A stretch of 64,000 nucleotides of DNA from Alphaproteobacteria bacterium (GTDB lineage Bacteria > Pseudomonadota > Alphaproteobacteria > SP197): positions 3,527,262 to 3,591,261 of the forward strand of contig OZ244844.1 in assembly GCA_965220805.1 (NCBI GenBank), written 5' to 3'. Below, in pieces: positions 52,069-61,406 of the stretch (positions are counted from its first letter, which is position 1; each line of letters opens with the position of its first letter). The notes beneath the pieces were generated by a model. The model ran no database searches, was not told the DNA's origin, and saw nothing but the letters and a program-made list of their open reading frames with translations. The translations under genes and the position numbers were made by a program.

Positions 52069-53709
52069 CTATGGCGCGACGCCGGAATCCGGGACCGAAT
52101 GGACGATCCTGCCGTTCATCATCGTCAGCTTGACACGGGCTTCAAGCAGCGAGGCCGGCCCCAGCGCCATGACGTCACGATCCAGCACGGCAACATCCGC
52201 GGCGAACCCGGGCCTCAGCACACCTGTCACGTGGTCGAGCCATGCAGCCCAGGCCGATTCGCGGGTGCCGTGGACGATGGCCTCTTCGAGTGGAAGTGCC
52301 CAGTCGGGTCGAAGTGCCGGCAGGGTCTCGTCAACCGGCGACTTGCGGGTTGAGGCGATGTACATGTTGGGAAGCGACCAGTGCGGGGTGGTCGGCGCAT
52401 CCGTGCCGAAGGCGAGAACTGAGCCCGCCGCGACATGCAGGGGCCAGGCAAAACCATGATTGGCTCGTTCCGGACCGATCATCGCAATCCAGTTCTGCAG
52501 ATAGGCCGGATCCATGTGCACCGGCTGCATAGACGCCGTGATGCCGAGCCGACCCATACGTTCGATGTCCTCCTGGCGGACGTACTCCAGGTGCTCTATG
52601 CGATGGCGTCTTCCGGACGTTCCGTTGACCCGCATGGCCCTTTCCATGGCATCGACGGTGTTCCGGATCGCCTGGTCGCCCACAGCGTGAACGGCAATCT
52701 GCAACCCGGCGGCATCTGCCGCCTCGACAACCGGGCCGAGCGCCTCGGGCGGCCAGATCGGATCGGAACTCGTCCCGTTCGTGTACGGTTTGCTGAGTGC
52801 GGCCGTACAGGCATCGATCGAGCCATCCGAGATGACCTTGACACCACCGACACGCAGCCAATCACCCTGATACTCCCGGGACAGTTCTGCGGCCCTCTTC
52901 ACCAGGGCGAGCTCTTCCGCGGTGTCGCCCTTGCGCCAGATGATCATGTGCGCCACGACCCGCACGGTCAGCTTGCCTGCCGCTCGCAGTCTGGCAATTG
53001 ATTCGAGCGCCTCCTCCTCAAGCGCCATCTCCACCACCGTAGTGATGCCCGCCCGCGCAAAGGCCTCGAGCGCCGTGGAGACATAGCCATCCCGCACCTC
53101 GTCATCAACCTGTGCAAGTAGTGGTGCCACCAGCTCGAAGCTGGCGCTTTCCAGCAAATGGCCGGTGGCTTCACCTGTTTCAGGGTCACGGGCGATGGTC
53201 CCGCCGGCAGGATCCGGCGTGTCGTCGTCGATGCCGAGTTCCTCGAGCGCGGCGGAATTGACCCAGCAGGAGTGAAAGTCAAAGGCCTCAAGATACACCG
53301 GCCGATCAGGGACGACCGCATCCAGCATCTCCTTGGTGGGCCTGTTGTCCGGCAGCACCGAGTGCACCCAGTCAGTCCCGAGGACGCGCGGCTCATGCGG
53401 GTTGTCGTCGGCCCACTCCTTCACCCGACGCTGGATCTCCTCGACGCTCGTGGCGTCGCGAAGATACGCCTTGAGCATGGAAGAGCCCGTCAGGGTGATG
53501 TGCACATGACCATCGACAAAGCCTGGCAAAACGAGACCATCGTCGACGTCAATGTGCACGGAACCGTCACCGGCCACGGCCGCCGCAGCCTCCGCGCCGC
53601 CCACGAAGACGATCCGGTCACCTTCAACAACAACCGCCTCTGCCCAGGGGTTGTCTGGGTCGGAGGTGAAGACGCGCCCGCCCGTGAAAATCCGCCTTTC
53701 AGTCGTCAT
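52069..53709 (-). CDS. Metal-dependent amidohydrolase (Amidohydro_3 / YtcJ-like)
   Basis: LPGFVDGHVHI metal-binding HxH, AVHAVGD, HRIEHLE, FGTDAP motifs; 546 aa. Confidence 0.85.
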   Translation of the reverse strand: MTTERRIFTGGRVFTSDPDNPWAEAVVVEGDRIVFVGGAEAAAAVAGDGSVHIDVDDGLVLPGFVDGHVHITLTGSSMLKAYLRDATSVEEIQRRVKEWADDNPHEPRVLGTDWVHSVLPDNRPTKEMLDAVVPDRPVYLEAFDFHSCWVNSAALEELGIDDDTPDPAGGTIARDPETGEATGHLLESASFELVAPLLAQVDDEVRDGYVSTALEAFARAGITTVVEMALEEEALESIARLRAAGKLTVRVVAHMIIWRKGDTAEELALVKRAAELSREYQGDWLRVGGVKVISDGSIDACTAALSKPYTNGTSSDPIWPPEALGPVVEAADAAGLQIAVHAVGDQAIRNTVDAMERAMRVNGTSGRRHRIEHLEYVRQEDIERMGRLGITASMQPVHMDPAYLQNWIAMIGPERANHGFAWPLHVAAGSVLAFGTDAPTTPHWSLPNMYIASTRKSPVDETLPALRPDWALPLEEAIVHGTRESAWAAWLDHVTGVLRPGFAADVAVLDRDVMALGPASLLEARVKLTMMNGRIVHSVPDSGVAP

Positions 53710-53788
53710 GTGTTCGCCTTCCTGTCACAAGTGGCCAGCATGAAGGGTGTTGACCACGCCGCATCCTGGCATCGCGGCTGATACTCCA

Positions 53789-55165
53789 TCAGGAAGCAGG
53801 CGTCGTGGTGGCCTCTACGAACGCCTCGGCGACTTCCAGATAGCGATCCACATCGGCCTCGTCATGGGCAAAGGAGCAGGCCGGACCCGCCGTATCCAGC
53901 GCTTCCCAGATCCCCCGGTTGGCCATGAACACGCGCCGTGAATTGGAGAAGAAATTGTCCATCGTCGCCGCGGATTCCTCGGTATTGCGTGGCAATTCCG
54001 GACCGAGTACCCAGCCGCAGCGGCCACCGATCTGCGGAGCCCGCCATTCGAGTTTCCGCCCCGCAAAGATCGCCTCGAGGCCTGCCGCGAGCCTTCTGCC
54101 GAGCATTTCGTTGCGGTCGTATGCTTCAGGCGTCAAACACTGCTCCAGCGTGGCACGCGCAGCCGCAAGGACCAGCGCATTCGCATAGGTGGTACCGCCC
54201 GTCACAAGGGCCGCACCGCCACTTTCCAGCGGCGACGGCGGCTTCGCGTGATGCTCCAGGACGCGGGCCTGCTCTGCGGTCATGCCGTAGGCGGCGAAGG
54301 GGACGCCACTGCCAAGCCCCTTGCCCAGCGTGACGACGTCAGGCGAAAGCTGCCAGGCGTTCGTCAACCCGCCGTACGCGAAGGAATGTGTGTGCGCCTC
54401 GTCGATGATCAGCATGGCGCCGGCGGAGCGGATGAGTGTCCGGGCCTGCGTCCAGAAGTCATCCTCGGGAAAGATGAGATTGAAATTGGTCAGCATGGGT
54501 TCGCTGAGAACGCACGCGACATCACCTCCCGAAAGTGTTGCCTCGAGTGCGGCGAGGTCATTGAACGGGATCGTCACCTCCCCTCGGGGGGCGTTGGCAG
54601 TACGTCCCGGCACGGCGGCCTTCGGATCGTCGCCATCATGTCGTCCCAGGACATCATCGATGTCACCGTGGTACTTACCTTCGAACATGAGCACGCGTTC
54701 GCGTCCCGTGCTGACCCGTGCCAGGCGAATGGCCTCCGCATTCGCATTGGAAACGGCGCCCGTGAACTGCCAGAAGGGCAGGCCCACGCGCCGGGCGAGA
54801 TTCTCGGCCACCACGATGCTGTCCTCGGACGGCAACAGGAAGGACGAACCCCGAGCCGCCTGGTCACTCAACGCCTCGGTGACCGGCGGCGGGGCAAATC
54901 CGACAAAGCCCGCGACATCGACCTGGTTCATGTCCAGGTAGCGGTGGCCGTCCACATCCTCGAAGGAGGCCCCGTCACCGGACACTGGATAAATCGTCGG
55001 GTGTTCGTAGAGCCCGGTCATCCACGACATCGGCACACCGCCCGGCATGGATGCACGACCACGCTCCAGCAGTTCCTGCGACCGCGGGCGGTGACGTATG
55101 AACTCGGCATCCTCGTGCTCACGAAGAGCGCGCAGCCTAGCGGAATCGATTCTCTCGACTGACAT
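53789..55165 (-). CDS. Class-III aminotransferase family protein (glutamate-1-semialdehyde aminomutase-like)
   Basis: RASMPGGV N-terminal motif of GSA-AM-like enzymes; IIDEAHT and the LGKGLGSG PLP-Lys region. Confidence 0.8.
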   Translation of the reverse strand: MSVERIDSARLRALREHEDAEFIRHRPRSQELLERGRASMPGGVPMSWMTGLYEHPTIYPVSGDGASFEDVDGHRYLDMNQVDVAGFVGFAPPPVTEALSDQAARGSSFLLPSEDSIVVAENLARRVGLPFWQFTGAVSNANAEAIRLARVSTGRERVLMFEGKYHGDIDDVLGRHDGDDPKAAVPGRTANAPRGEVTIPFNDLAALEATLSGGDVACVLSEPMLTNFNLIFPEDDFWTQARTLIRSAGAMLIIDEAHTHSFAYGGLTNAWQLSPDVVTLGKGLGSGVPFAAYGMTAEQARVLEHHAKPPSPLESGGAALVTGGTTYANALVLAAARATLEQCLTPEAYDRNEMLGRRLAAGLEAIFAGRKLEWRAPQIGGRCGWVLGPELPRNTEESAATMDNFFSNSRRVFMANRGIWEALDTAGPACSFAHDEADVDRYLEVAEAFVEATTTPAS

Positions 55166-55356
55166 ACCATCCTCTCTCGGACGACACGGGGATGCAGCCC
55201 GGCATCGTCACCGCATCAATGCTGTGTCTCGCCACGGTCACCGCCCGAAAATGGAGAGTGCGCGCATCGCACGACAGTCTCCCTGTAGTCGCTTTGGAGA
55301 GCGGAAACTCCCGTGGTCAGAGCCAGGAAGAAGGGTTGTCGATGAGCGCCTGAATG

Positions 55357-55390
55357 ACCGGACCGGAACACCGTGCGTCCCGGCCCGGTC
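55357..55390 (-). terminator. Stem-loop immediately 3' of the binding-protein gene
   Basis: GACCGGACCGG...CCGGCCCGGTC inverted repeat 18 nt after the SBP stop. No clear U-tract. Confidence 0.4.
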
Positions 55391-55407
55391 AGAAAACGCG
55401 ATCAGCC

Positions 55408-56526
55408 TCAGAAGCCTGCCTTCACTTCGTCGAACAGGCGAATATAGTTTTCCAGGACATCCCCATCCATGGCGGCAAAGAAGATTCCGTTGTTGAGCAG
55501 TGCCTCAGGCGTGCTCAGTCCGAGATCTGCAAGCGTGTCGTCAGACACCAGATCAAACGCCTTCGTGTTGGCGTGTCCAAAGCCGAAGTTCTCGATCTCG
55601 AATGCGCCGGCCTCCGGACTCGTCATCGCGTTGACGAGGTCGTAGGCGGCGTCGACGTCCTTCGTTCCGGGGTGGATCGTGAGCCCACATACCCATGTGA
55701 AGATTCCCTCCTTGGGAACTCCAAGCTCGATCGGCACACCCTGGGCGCGCAGGCGCACGTACGAATCGTTCCAACCGTAGGCTGCAACCAGTTCACCCGA
55801 CGCCAGGGCCTGATCGATCTCCGACACATCACCCCAGTAGAAACGCAGATTTTCGCGCTGCTTTTCCAGTAGCGGCCTCGTGGACAGAAGCTCTTCATCG
55901 GTCATGTTGAAGATGTCATCGTAACCCAGCAGAAGACCCGCAATCTGGACGTTCGCTTCCGTGTCGTATGTGGCGATCCGTCCCTTGTACCAGTCCTCGT
56001 AGACGATCGCCCAACTCAGGTTCTCGCCGGCATGTTCGGGCGCGACGATGTCCGAGCGATAGAGAACAGTGGAGTTGCCCCAATCCATCGGCATGAAATA
56101 GCGAACACCTTCATGCATCGAACCGGAGATGTCATTGAGGCTCTCGAACATGTCGGGCAGCCACGTCAGGCGGTCGGGATCAAGCGCCATGAGCATGCCC
56201 GCATCCCGCCACTTTTCCAGCGCATAGGTGCACGGATGCATGACGTCGGGCGTGAAGCCCTGGCGCATCTTCTGGAGTGCTTCTTCCTCCGTGGCCCAGA
56301 AGGCGGCCTCCGGCGAACCACCGTACTTTTCGGTGAAGGCTTCATGGAAACCCGCCGACTCGTAGCCCGACCAGCCAAAGTACAATGCCTCGCCGGCCGC
56401 GTGTGCCGGGCGGTGTATGGCAGGCATGGTCGCGAGTCCAAGCCCCGCGGCCGCCAGGCCACGCTCAAAGGTGCGCCGCGACATCATTCCGCCGCGCCAA
56501 GCCTCGACAAACTTCTTGGTGTCCAT
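55408..56526 (-). CDS. Tat-signal periplasmic binding protein, PotD/PotF-like; no cognate permease or ATPase adjacent
   Basis: MSRRTFERGLAAAGLGLATMPAIHRPAHA twin-arginine signal. GGAGG lies 6 nt before ATG 56526. Confidence 0.75.
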   Translation of the reverse strand: MDTKKFVEAWRGGMMSRRTFERGLAAAGLGLATMPAIHRPAHAAGEALYFGWSGYESAGFHEAFTEKYGGSPEAAFWATEEEALQKMRQGFTPDVMHPCTYALEKWRDAGMLMALDPDRLTWLPDMFESLNDISGSMHEGVRYFMPMDWGNSTVLYRSDIVAPEHAGENLSWAIVYEDWYKGRIATYDTEANVQIAGLLLGYDDIFNMTDEELLSTRPLLEKQRENLRFYWGDVSEIDQALASGELVAAYGWNDSYVRLRAQGVPIELGVPKEGIFTWVCGLTIHPGTKDVDAAYDLVNAMTSPEAGAFEIENFGFGHANTKAFDLVSDDTLADLGLSTPEALLNNGIFFAAMDGDVLENYIRLFDEVKAGF

Positions 56527-56974
56527 CCTCATCCTCCCCTGGCGCCGGGACCACCGCTGATGCAGCCCCGGCTGCATGTGTGCGTCCCCCCGGATCCGGG
56601 AAGACCGGTGCGTCCAAGGCTAGCGCATCGCACACCGGCAGACAAACTCACCAGGGAATCACATGACTCCGACTCATCCTCTCGTCATCCGGGCATCACG
56701 GCGGCCCGCTTTCCGTCGAGCGCTGTCATCGCCTGGGATTGATGGACTGGCGAGATGTGTTTGCCCTCCGCTCCGGGCAGGTTGGGAAGACTCCGGTCTC
56801 TGACATGACAGTTGACCTCGACGGCCCGCTGAACTCGGGTCCGTGCGAGTCGTAGTCAATGGTGAACCCTTCGTCGCCTTCGCTGGATACCCGATCCGTC
56901 AATAGCTCATGATGCGAATAATAGGTGCATAGAACCGCGACATGCATAATATTCTTCAACCGAAACTCAAATAT

Positions 56975-57592
56975 TCAACGCTCCGGCTCATGAGATCGGT
57001 TGCATGAACGCCACTCGGACTCGATCAGGGAAAAGAGCAGGTGATCGCGCCAGTCGCCGTTGATCTTGAGGTAGCTGCGGGCAATCCCCTCGAGACTGAA
57101 GCCCCGGGAGACAAGGAGCCGGCGGCTCGCCTCGTTGGCTGGCAGGCAGGCCGCCTCCAGACGATGCAGTCCGAACCTGTCGAAAGCGTGGCCGATCACC
57201 GCCCCCACCGCCTCGCTCATGTATCCCTGTCGGGCGTACGAGCGGCCAATCCAGTATCCAAGGGTCCCCGAACTCGCCACGCCCCGGCGAATGTCGCTCA
57301 CCGTCACGCCCCCCATCAACGCATCGTCGTCGCGTCGCACCAGAAACCAGCCGTAGGCCGTTCCGGCCTCATGATCACGCGCCTGCAGTTTGATGCGTCG
57401 GGTGAAGGCGCCCCTGGTCAGGGCATTGCGTGGCCACGTCGGTTCCCAGGGCTGCAGGAACTCCCGGCTTTCATGGCGCAACCTGGCCCATTGCGGCCAG
57501 TCATCAATGGCAGGCGGGCGGAGGAGGAGCCTGGCGCTCTCAAGAACGGCCGACTGCTGCCGCGATGCCGGTTTCCTCAGGAAGGCGAACAC
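56975..57592 (-). CDS. GNAT-family N-acetyltransferase (RimJ/RimL-like)
   Basis: RLLLRPP...W, GYWIGRSYARQGYMSEA and HRLEAACLPANEASRRLLVSRGF motifs. GTG 57592 overlaps the peptidase stop by 16 nt; ATG 57664 is an alternative. Confidence 0.75.
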   Translation of the reverse strand: MFAFLRKPASRQQSAVLESARLLLRPPAIDDWPQWARLRHESREFLQPWEPTWPRNALTRGAFTRRIKLQARDHEAGTAYGWFLVRRDDDALMGGVTVSDIRRGVASSGTLGYWIGRSYARQGYMSEAVGAVIGHAFDRFGLHRLEAACLPANEASRRLLVSRGFSLEGIARSYLKINGDWRDHLLFSLIESEWRSCNRSHEPER

Positions 57593-58863
57593 GCGCCCGT
57601 TCCCTTGCCCAGTCCCGACAGGATGCTCCCGTAGGGAACAATACCCTCCTCGGGTCCGATGCATGCCATTGCAGGACGTGCGCCCTGGAACAGGGTATCG
57701 GCACACTCGCGGATATCCGCCGCGCACACGGCCTCGATCTTCCCGACGATCTCTTCTTCCGAGATGGTGCGCCCGAAGACGAGCATCTGGCGCGCCAGCG
57801 CCTCGCACCGTGCGGCCGTGCTCTCACGCGCCATCAGGAGCCCCGCCTTCATCTGTGTGCGGGCCCGTTCGATCTCGTCATCGGCAAGGCCGTCTGACGT
57901 TCGTGCGATCACGTCGACGATCAGGTTCGTCACCTCCCGAGCATCGGCTTCGGCACACCCGGCATAGACGCCGAAGAGACCACTGTCCTCAAAGGCCGAG
58001 TGGAACGAGTAGATGGCGTAGGCGAGTCCCCGGTCCTCGCGGATCTCCTGGAAGAGGCGTGACGACATGCCGCCGCCGAGAGCACTGCTGAAGAACTGGA
58101 CCGGGTAGTAGTTGTCGTCCCGGACTGCGAACCCCGGACATCCCATGATGAGATGGACCTGCTCGACGTCATCACTGCGGTCGATGGCCCCGCCGGAATA
58201 GGCAGCGGGACGCGGGACGTGGCCATTGGAATGAGGCAGGTTGCAGAACTGGTCCTCCGCCAGACGTACGATTTCCCCGTGATCGACGGCTCCTGCAGCC
58301 GACAGCACCATGCTCTCGGCGGTGTAGTGGCCGGTCATGTGCCCCAGCAGGGTCTGCCGGGTCATGCCAGCAATGCTTGCTGGCGTGCCGAGGATGGAGC
58401 GTCCCATGGGCTGGTCGGGAAAGGCACACTCCTGGAAGAGATCAAAGACGAGATCATCCGGCGTGTCGAATACCTGGGCAATCTCCTGCTCCACGACCCA
58501 ACGCTCCTTTTCGAGTTCGCTCTCGTCGAAGACGGAGTTCTGCAGGATGTCTCCAAGTACGTCGATGGCCAGCGGCACATCGTCCCCGAGGACCCGGGCG
58601 TAGTAGGCCGTGTTCTCGCGCGTGGTGTAGGCGTTCACGTATCCGCCGACATCCTCGATTTCCTGGGCAATCATGCGCGCACTGCGCCGTCCCGTGCCCT
58701 TGAACGCCATGTGTTCGAGAAGGTGCGAGATGCCGTGGAGATGATCGGGCTCGTCGCGCGCGCCGACATTGACCCAGACACCCACTGCGGCAGAATCGAC
58801 TCCCTCGACCCTGTCGGTGACGATCCTCAGACCGTTGGCGAGTCGTGTGACATCCAGGCTCAA
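57577..58863 (-). CDS. M16-family (pitrilysin-like) zinc peptidase
   Basis: Inverted zinc motif HLLEHMAFKGT near the N-terminus; 428 aa. Confidence 0.9.
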   Translation of the reverse strand: MSLDVTRLANGLRIVTDRVEGVDSAAVGVWVNVGARDEPDHLHGISHLLEHMAFKGTGRRSARMIAQEIEDVGGYVNAYTTRENTAYYARVLGDDVPLAIDVLGDILQNSVFDESELEKERWVVEQEIAQVFDTPDDLVFDLFQECAFPDQPMGRSILGTPASIAGMTRQTLLGHMTGHYTAESMVLSAAGAVDHGEIVRLAEDQFCNLPHSNGHVPRPAAYSGGAIDRSDDVEQVHLIMGCPGFAVRDDNYYPVQFFSSALGGGMSSRLFQEIREDRGLAYAIYSFHSAFEDSGLFGVYAGCAEADAREVTNLIVDVIARTSDGLADDEIERARTQMKAGLLMARESTAARCEALARQMLVFGRTISEEEIVGKIEAVCAADIRECADTLFQGARPAMACIGPEEGIVPYGSILSGLGKGTGACSPS

Positions 58864-58891
58864 GGTTGCCCGCTAAGCATCGGCCACTCGA

Positions 58892-60304
58892 TCAACCGTC
58901 CGCCTCCGTGTTGTCGCGAACGTAACCCTGCACGACGTCGACGTCGTTTGGCAAGGTCGTCATATTCTCTGTCAGCCCCCGGATTCTTGAGAGTTTGGCA
59001 GGACTTTTCGATGGTTCTCCCAACGCGGTCGCGACCGCTTCCGGGAACTTCGCCGGATGTGCCTGGGCATGCATGATCACTGGGACGTCGGCATCGATCC
59101 CAACCTCGCGTGCAGCCGCCGTACCGCAGGCGGTGTGGGGATCCACCACGACGCCATGCTCGCGCCGCATGCGTCGCATCTCGGCAATGATTCCGTCATC
59201 GTCCAGTCGATGGCTCGAAATGATGGAGCGGGCCCGCATCAAGGCCCGTGCGGTCACGTCGAACGACCCCAAACGTGGCAGACGTCCCATCAGGCGCTCG
59301 ATTGAACTGCCGTCACGATCGTAGAGTTCGAAAAGCAGACGTTCGAAATTGCTCGAGATCTGGATATCCATGCTCGGCGACAATGTCGCCACGACATCAC
59401 GGGGCGTGTAGTGCCCGGTCTCGAAGAACCGGTGCAGTATGTCGTTGGCATTGGTCGCCACCACCAGTCGGTCGACTCCAAGCCCCATTCTCACGGCACA
59501 CCAGGCGGCAAGACAGGCGCCAAAATTCGCGGAAGGAATCGAGAAGGCGACCTTGCGGTCCGGCGCACCAAGGCGGACGGCGGCGGCGACACAATATGCC
59601 GTCTGCGCCATGATCCGCGTCCAGTTGATGGAATTGACTGCCGTCAGTCTGCGGGATGTCGCGAAAGCCGTGTCGTTGAACATGGCCTTCACCAGGGACT
59701 GACAGTCGTCGAACGTCCCCTCGATGGCGATGCAATGGACATTGCCGGCAACCACCGTGGTCATCTGGCGCCGCTGTATCTCGCTCACCCTGCCTTTGGG
59801 AAACAGGATGAAGATGTCCATGTTGCGCCGCCCGGCGCACCCGGCAATGGCCGCCGAACCGGTATCTCCCGACGTTGCCCCGAGAACGGTGACCCGTTCT
59901 CCCCTGCTCTCGAGCGCCCGGTCCATGAGTCGGGCAAGCAGTTGCAGGGCGAGGTCCTTGAAGGCGAAGGTCGGACCATGGAACAGTTCGAGGAGCCAGT
60001 CGTTGTCCGCCGTCTGCACCATGGGAATGACAGCTGGATGATCGAATCGCGCGTAGGCCTGGCGTGCCAACGAGAGCAGATCGTCAGGCCTGATCCAGCC
60101 GGCGACGAAGGGTTCGATGACACGCGCGACGATCTCGGCGTATGTCATGCCCTGCATGGCCCGAAAGTCCTGGGCCGTGAACACGGGCCAGATCTTCGGA
60201 ATCCAAAGACCTCCATCGGGGGCCAGTCCACCCAGCAGGATTTCCTCGAAGCCTGCTTCGGCCGTCCCTCCGCGGGTCGAAACGTACCTGATCTCGGACA
60301 TCAC
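58892..60304 (-). CDS. thrC: Threonine synthase (long form)
   Basis: RYVSTRG, FHGPTFAFKD (PLP-Lys), ATSGDTGSAA motifs. Confidence 0.9.
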   Translation of the reverse strand: MMSEIRYVSTRGGTAEAGFEEILLGGLAPDGGLWIPKIWPVFTAQDFRAMQGMTYAEIVARVIEPFVAGWIRPDDLLSLARQAYARFDHPAVIPMVQTADNDWLLELFHGPTFAFKDLALQLLARLMDRALESRGERVTVLGATSGDTGSAAIAGCAGRRNMDIFILFPKGRVSEIQRRQMTTVVAGNVHCIAIEGTFDDCQSLVKAMFNDTAFATSRRLTAVNSINWTRIMAQTAYCVAAAVRLGAPDRKVAFSIPSANFGACLAAWCAVRMGLGVDRLVVATNANDILHRFFETGHYTPRDVVATLSPSMDIQISSNFERLLFELYDRDGSSIERLMGRLPRLGSFDVTARALMRARSIISSHRLDDDGIIAEMRRMRREHGVVVDPHTACGTAAAREVGIDADVPVIMHAQAHPAKFPEAVATALGEPSKSPAKLSRIRGLTENMTTLPNDVDVVQGYVRDNTEADG

Positions 60305-60396
60305 CCGTTCGCCCGCAAGACTGTGACCCCACGTTCACTTAAATCAAAGAGGCGAACTCAACAAGGTCAGGCTTCTCCTGCACTTCACGTGATGGC

Positions 60397-61317
60397 CTAT
60401 GCGGTGCGGTACTTCGAGTTGGCGATGAGGCGAGGCTGCGGAGTTCCGGTAATGTCACAGTGCACATCGAGCATGGCCGAAAAGTCCTTGCCGCCAAATC
60501 CGCGGACCCTTGCCACGCTGTAGGCCTCGCGAGCAGCGGCGGCCATGGGCATCGGCACGCCCGTGGCGTTGGCGGCCTCGACCACGAGAGAGAGGTCCTT
60601 GTGCGCCAGGTCGATGGTGAACCCGGGAGACGTGTCATCGGCAAGCACCTTGACGGGCCAGGCCGAACTGATCTGCCCGTTGACGGCCGACGTACCACAG
60701 ATCACGTCGAGTGTGCTGTCGAGATCGAGGCCGAAGGCTGCTGCGAGAACGAGCGCTTCGGCGTTGATCTGGCAGGAGGCCGTGGAGATGAAGTTGTTGA
60801 CGAGCTTCGTGCGTGTCCCCGTACCGCAGTGGCCGCAGTGGAAGATCGCCGTCCCCATGGCCTCGAGAAGCGGCCGGACACGTTCGAGATTGTCTGACGT
60901 GCCTCCCACCATGAAGAGCGACTCTCCGGCATCAGCATGGGAGGCAAGGCGCCCTACCGGCGCGTCCATGAACTCCAGCCCCCTGCCCTTGCAGAGTTCC
61001 GCCATGGCGTCCGTGGTTTCAGGATCAATGGTGCTCATGTCCATGACGATGGTGCCCTTCCGCGCCGTGGCGAGGACGCCCTCCTGGCCTGTGATGACCT
61101 CGCGGACACTCGCCGGTCCGGGGAGCATGGTGATCACCACCTCCGCCTGGGCCGCCACTTCTGCCGGTGATGCAACAGGAACAGCGCCCAGGCGTGCCAG
61201 GGTGTCGACACGATCCGCCACGATGTCGTGAACCACCAGATCGAAGCCCTTGCGCGCGAGATTCGAGGCCATGGGGCATCCCATGCGTCCAAGGCCGATG
61301 AAACCCGTTGTTCCCAT
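60397..61317 (-). CDS. NAD(P)-dependent 3-hydroxyisobutyrate dehydrogenase-family oxidoreductase
   Basis: GFIGLGRMGCPMASNL dinucleotide fold. TGGAGGT lies 6 nt before ATG 61317. Confidence 0.85.
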   Translation of the reverse strand: MGTTGFIGLGRMGCPMASNLARKGFDLVVHDIVADRVDTLARLGAVPVASPAEVAAQAEVVITMLPGPASVREVITGQEGVLATARKGTIVMDMSTIDPETTDAMAELCKGRGLEFMDAPVGRLASHADAGESLFMVGGTSDNLERVRPLLEAMGTAIFHCGHCGTGTRTKLVNNFISTASCQINAEALVLAAAFGLDLDSTLDVICGTSAVNGQISSAWPVKVLADDTSPGFTIDLAHKDLSLVVEAANATGVPMPMAAAAREAYSVARVRGFGGKDFSAMLDVHCDITGTPQPRLIANSKYRTA

Positions 61318-61406
61318 GACATACCTCCACGTTTGCATCACACCGTGCCTTGCATCGGTGCATCAGAATCACCGGGCTCCCTTCAGAGTGAAGTCCCGGA
61401 GCATGA

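Noticed and set aside
56726-56959. 77-codon ORF just downstream of the GNAT gene as a real small protein (e.g. a toxin/antitoxin-like add-on)
   Set aside because: It has a TTG start with no SD, mixed codon bias and no recognisable motif. It is kept only as part of the leader-region finding.
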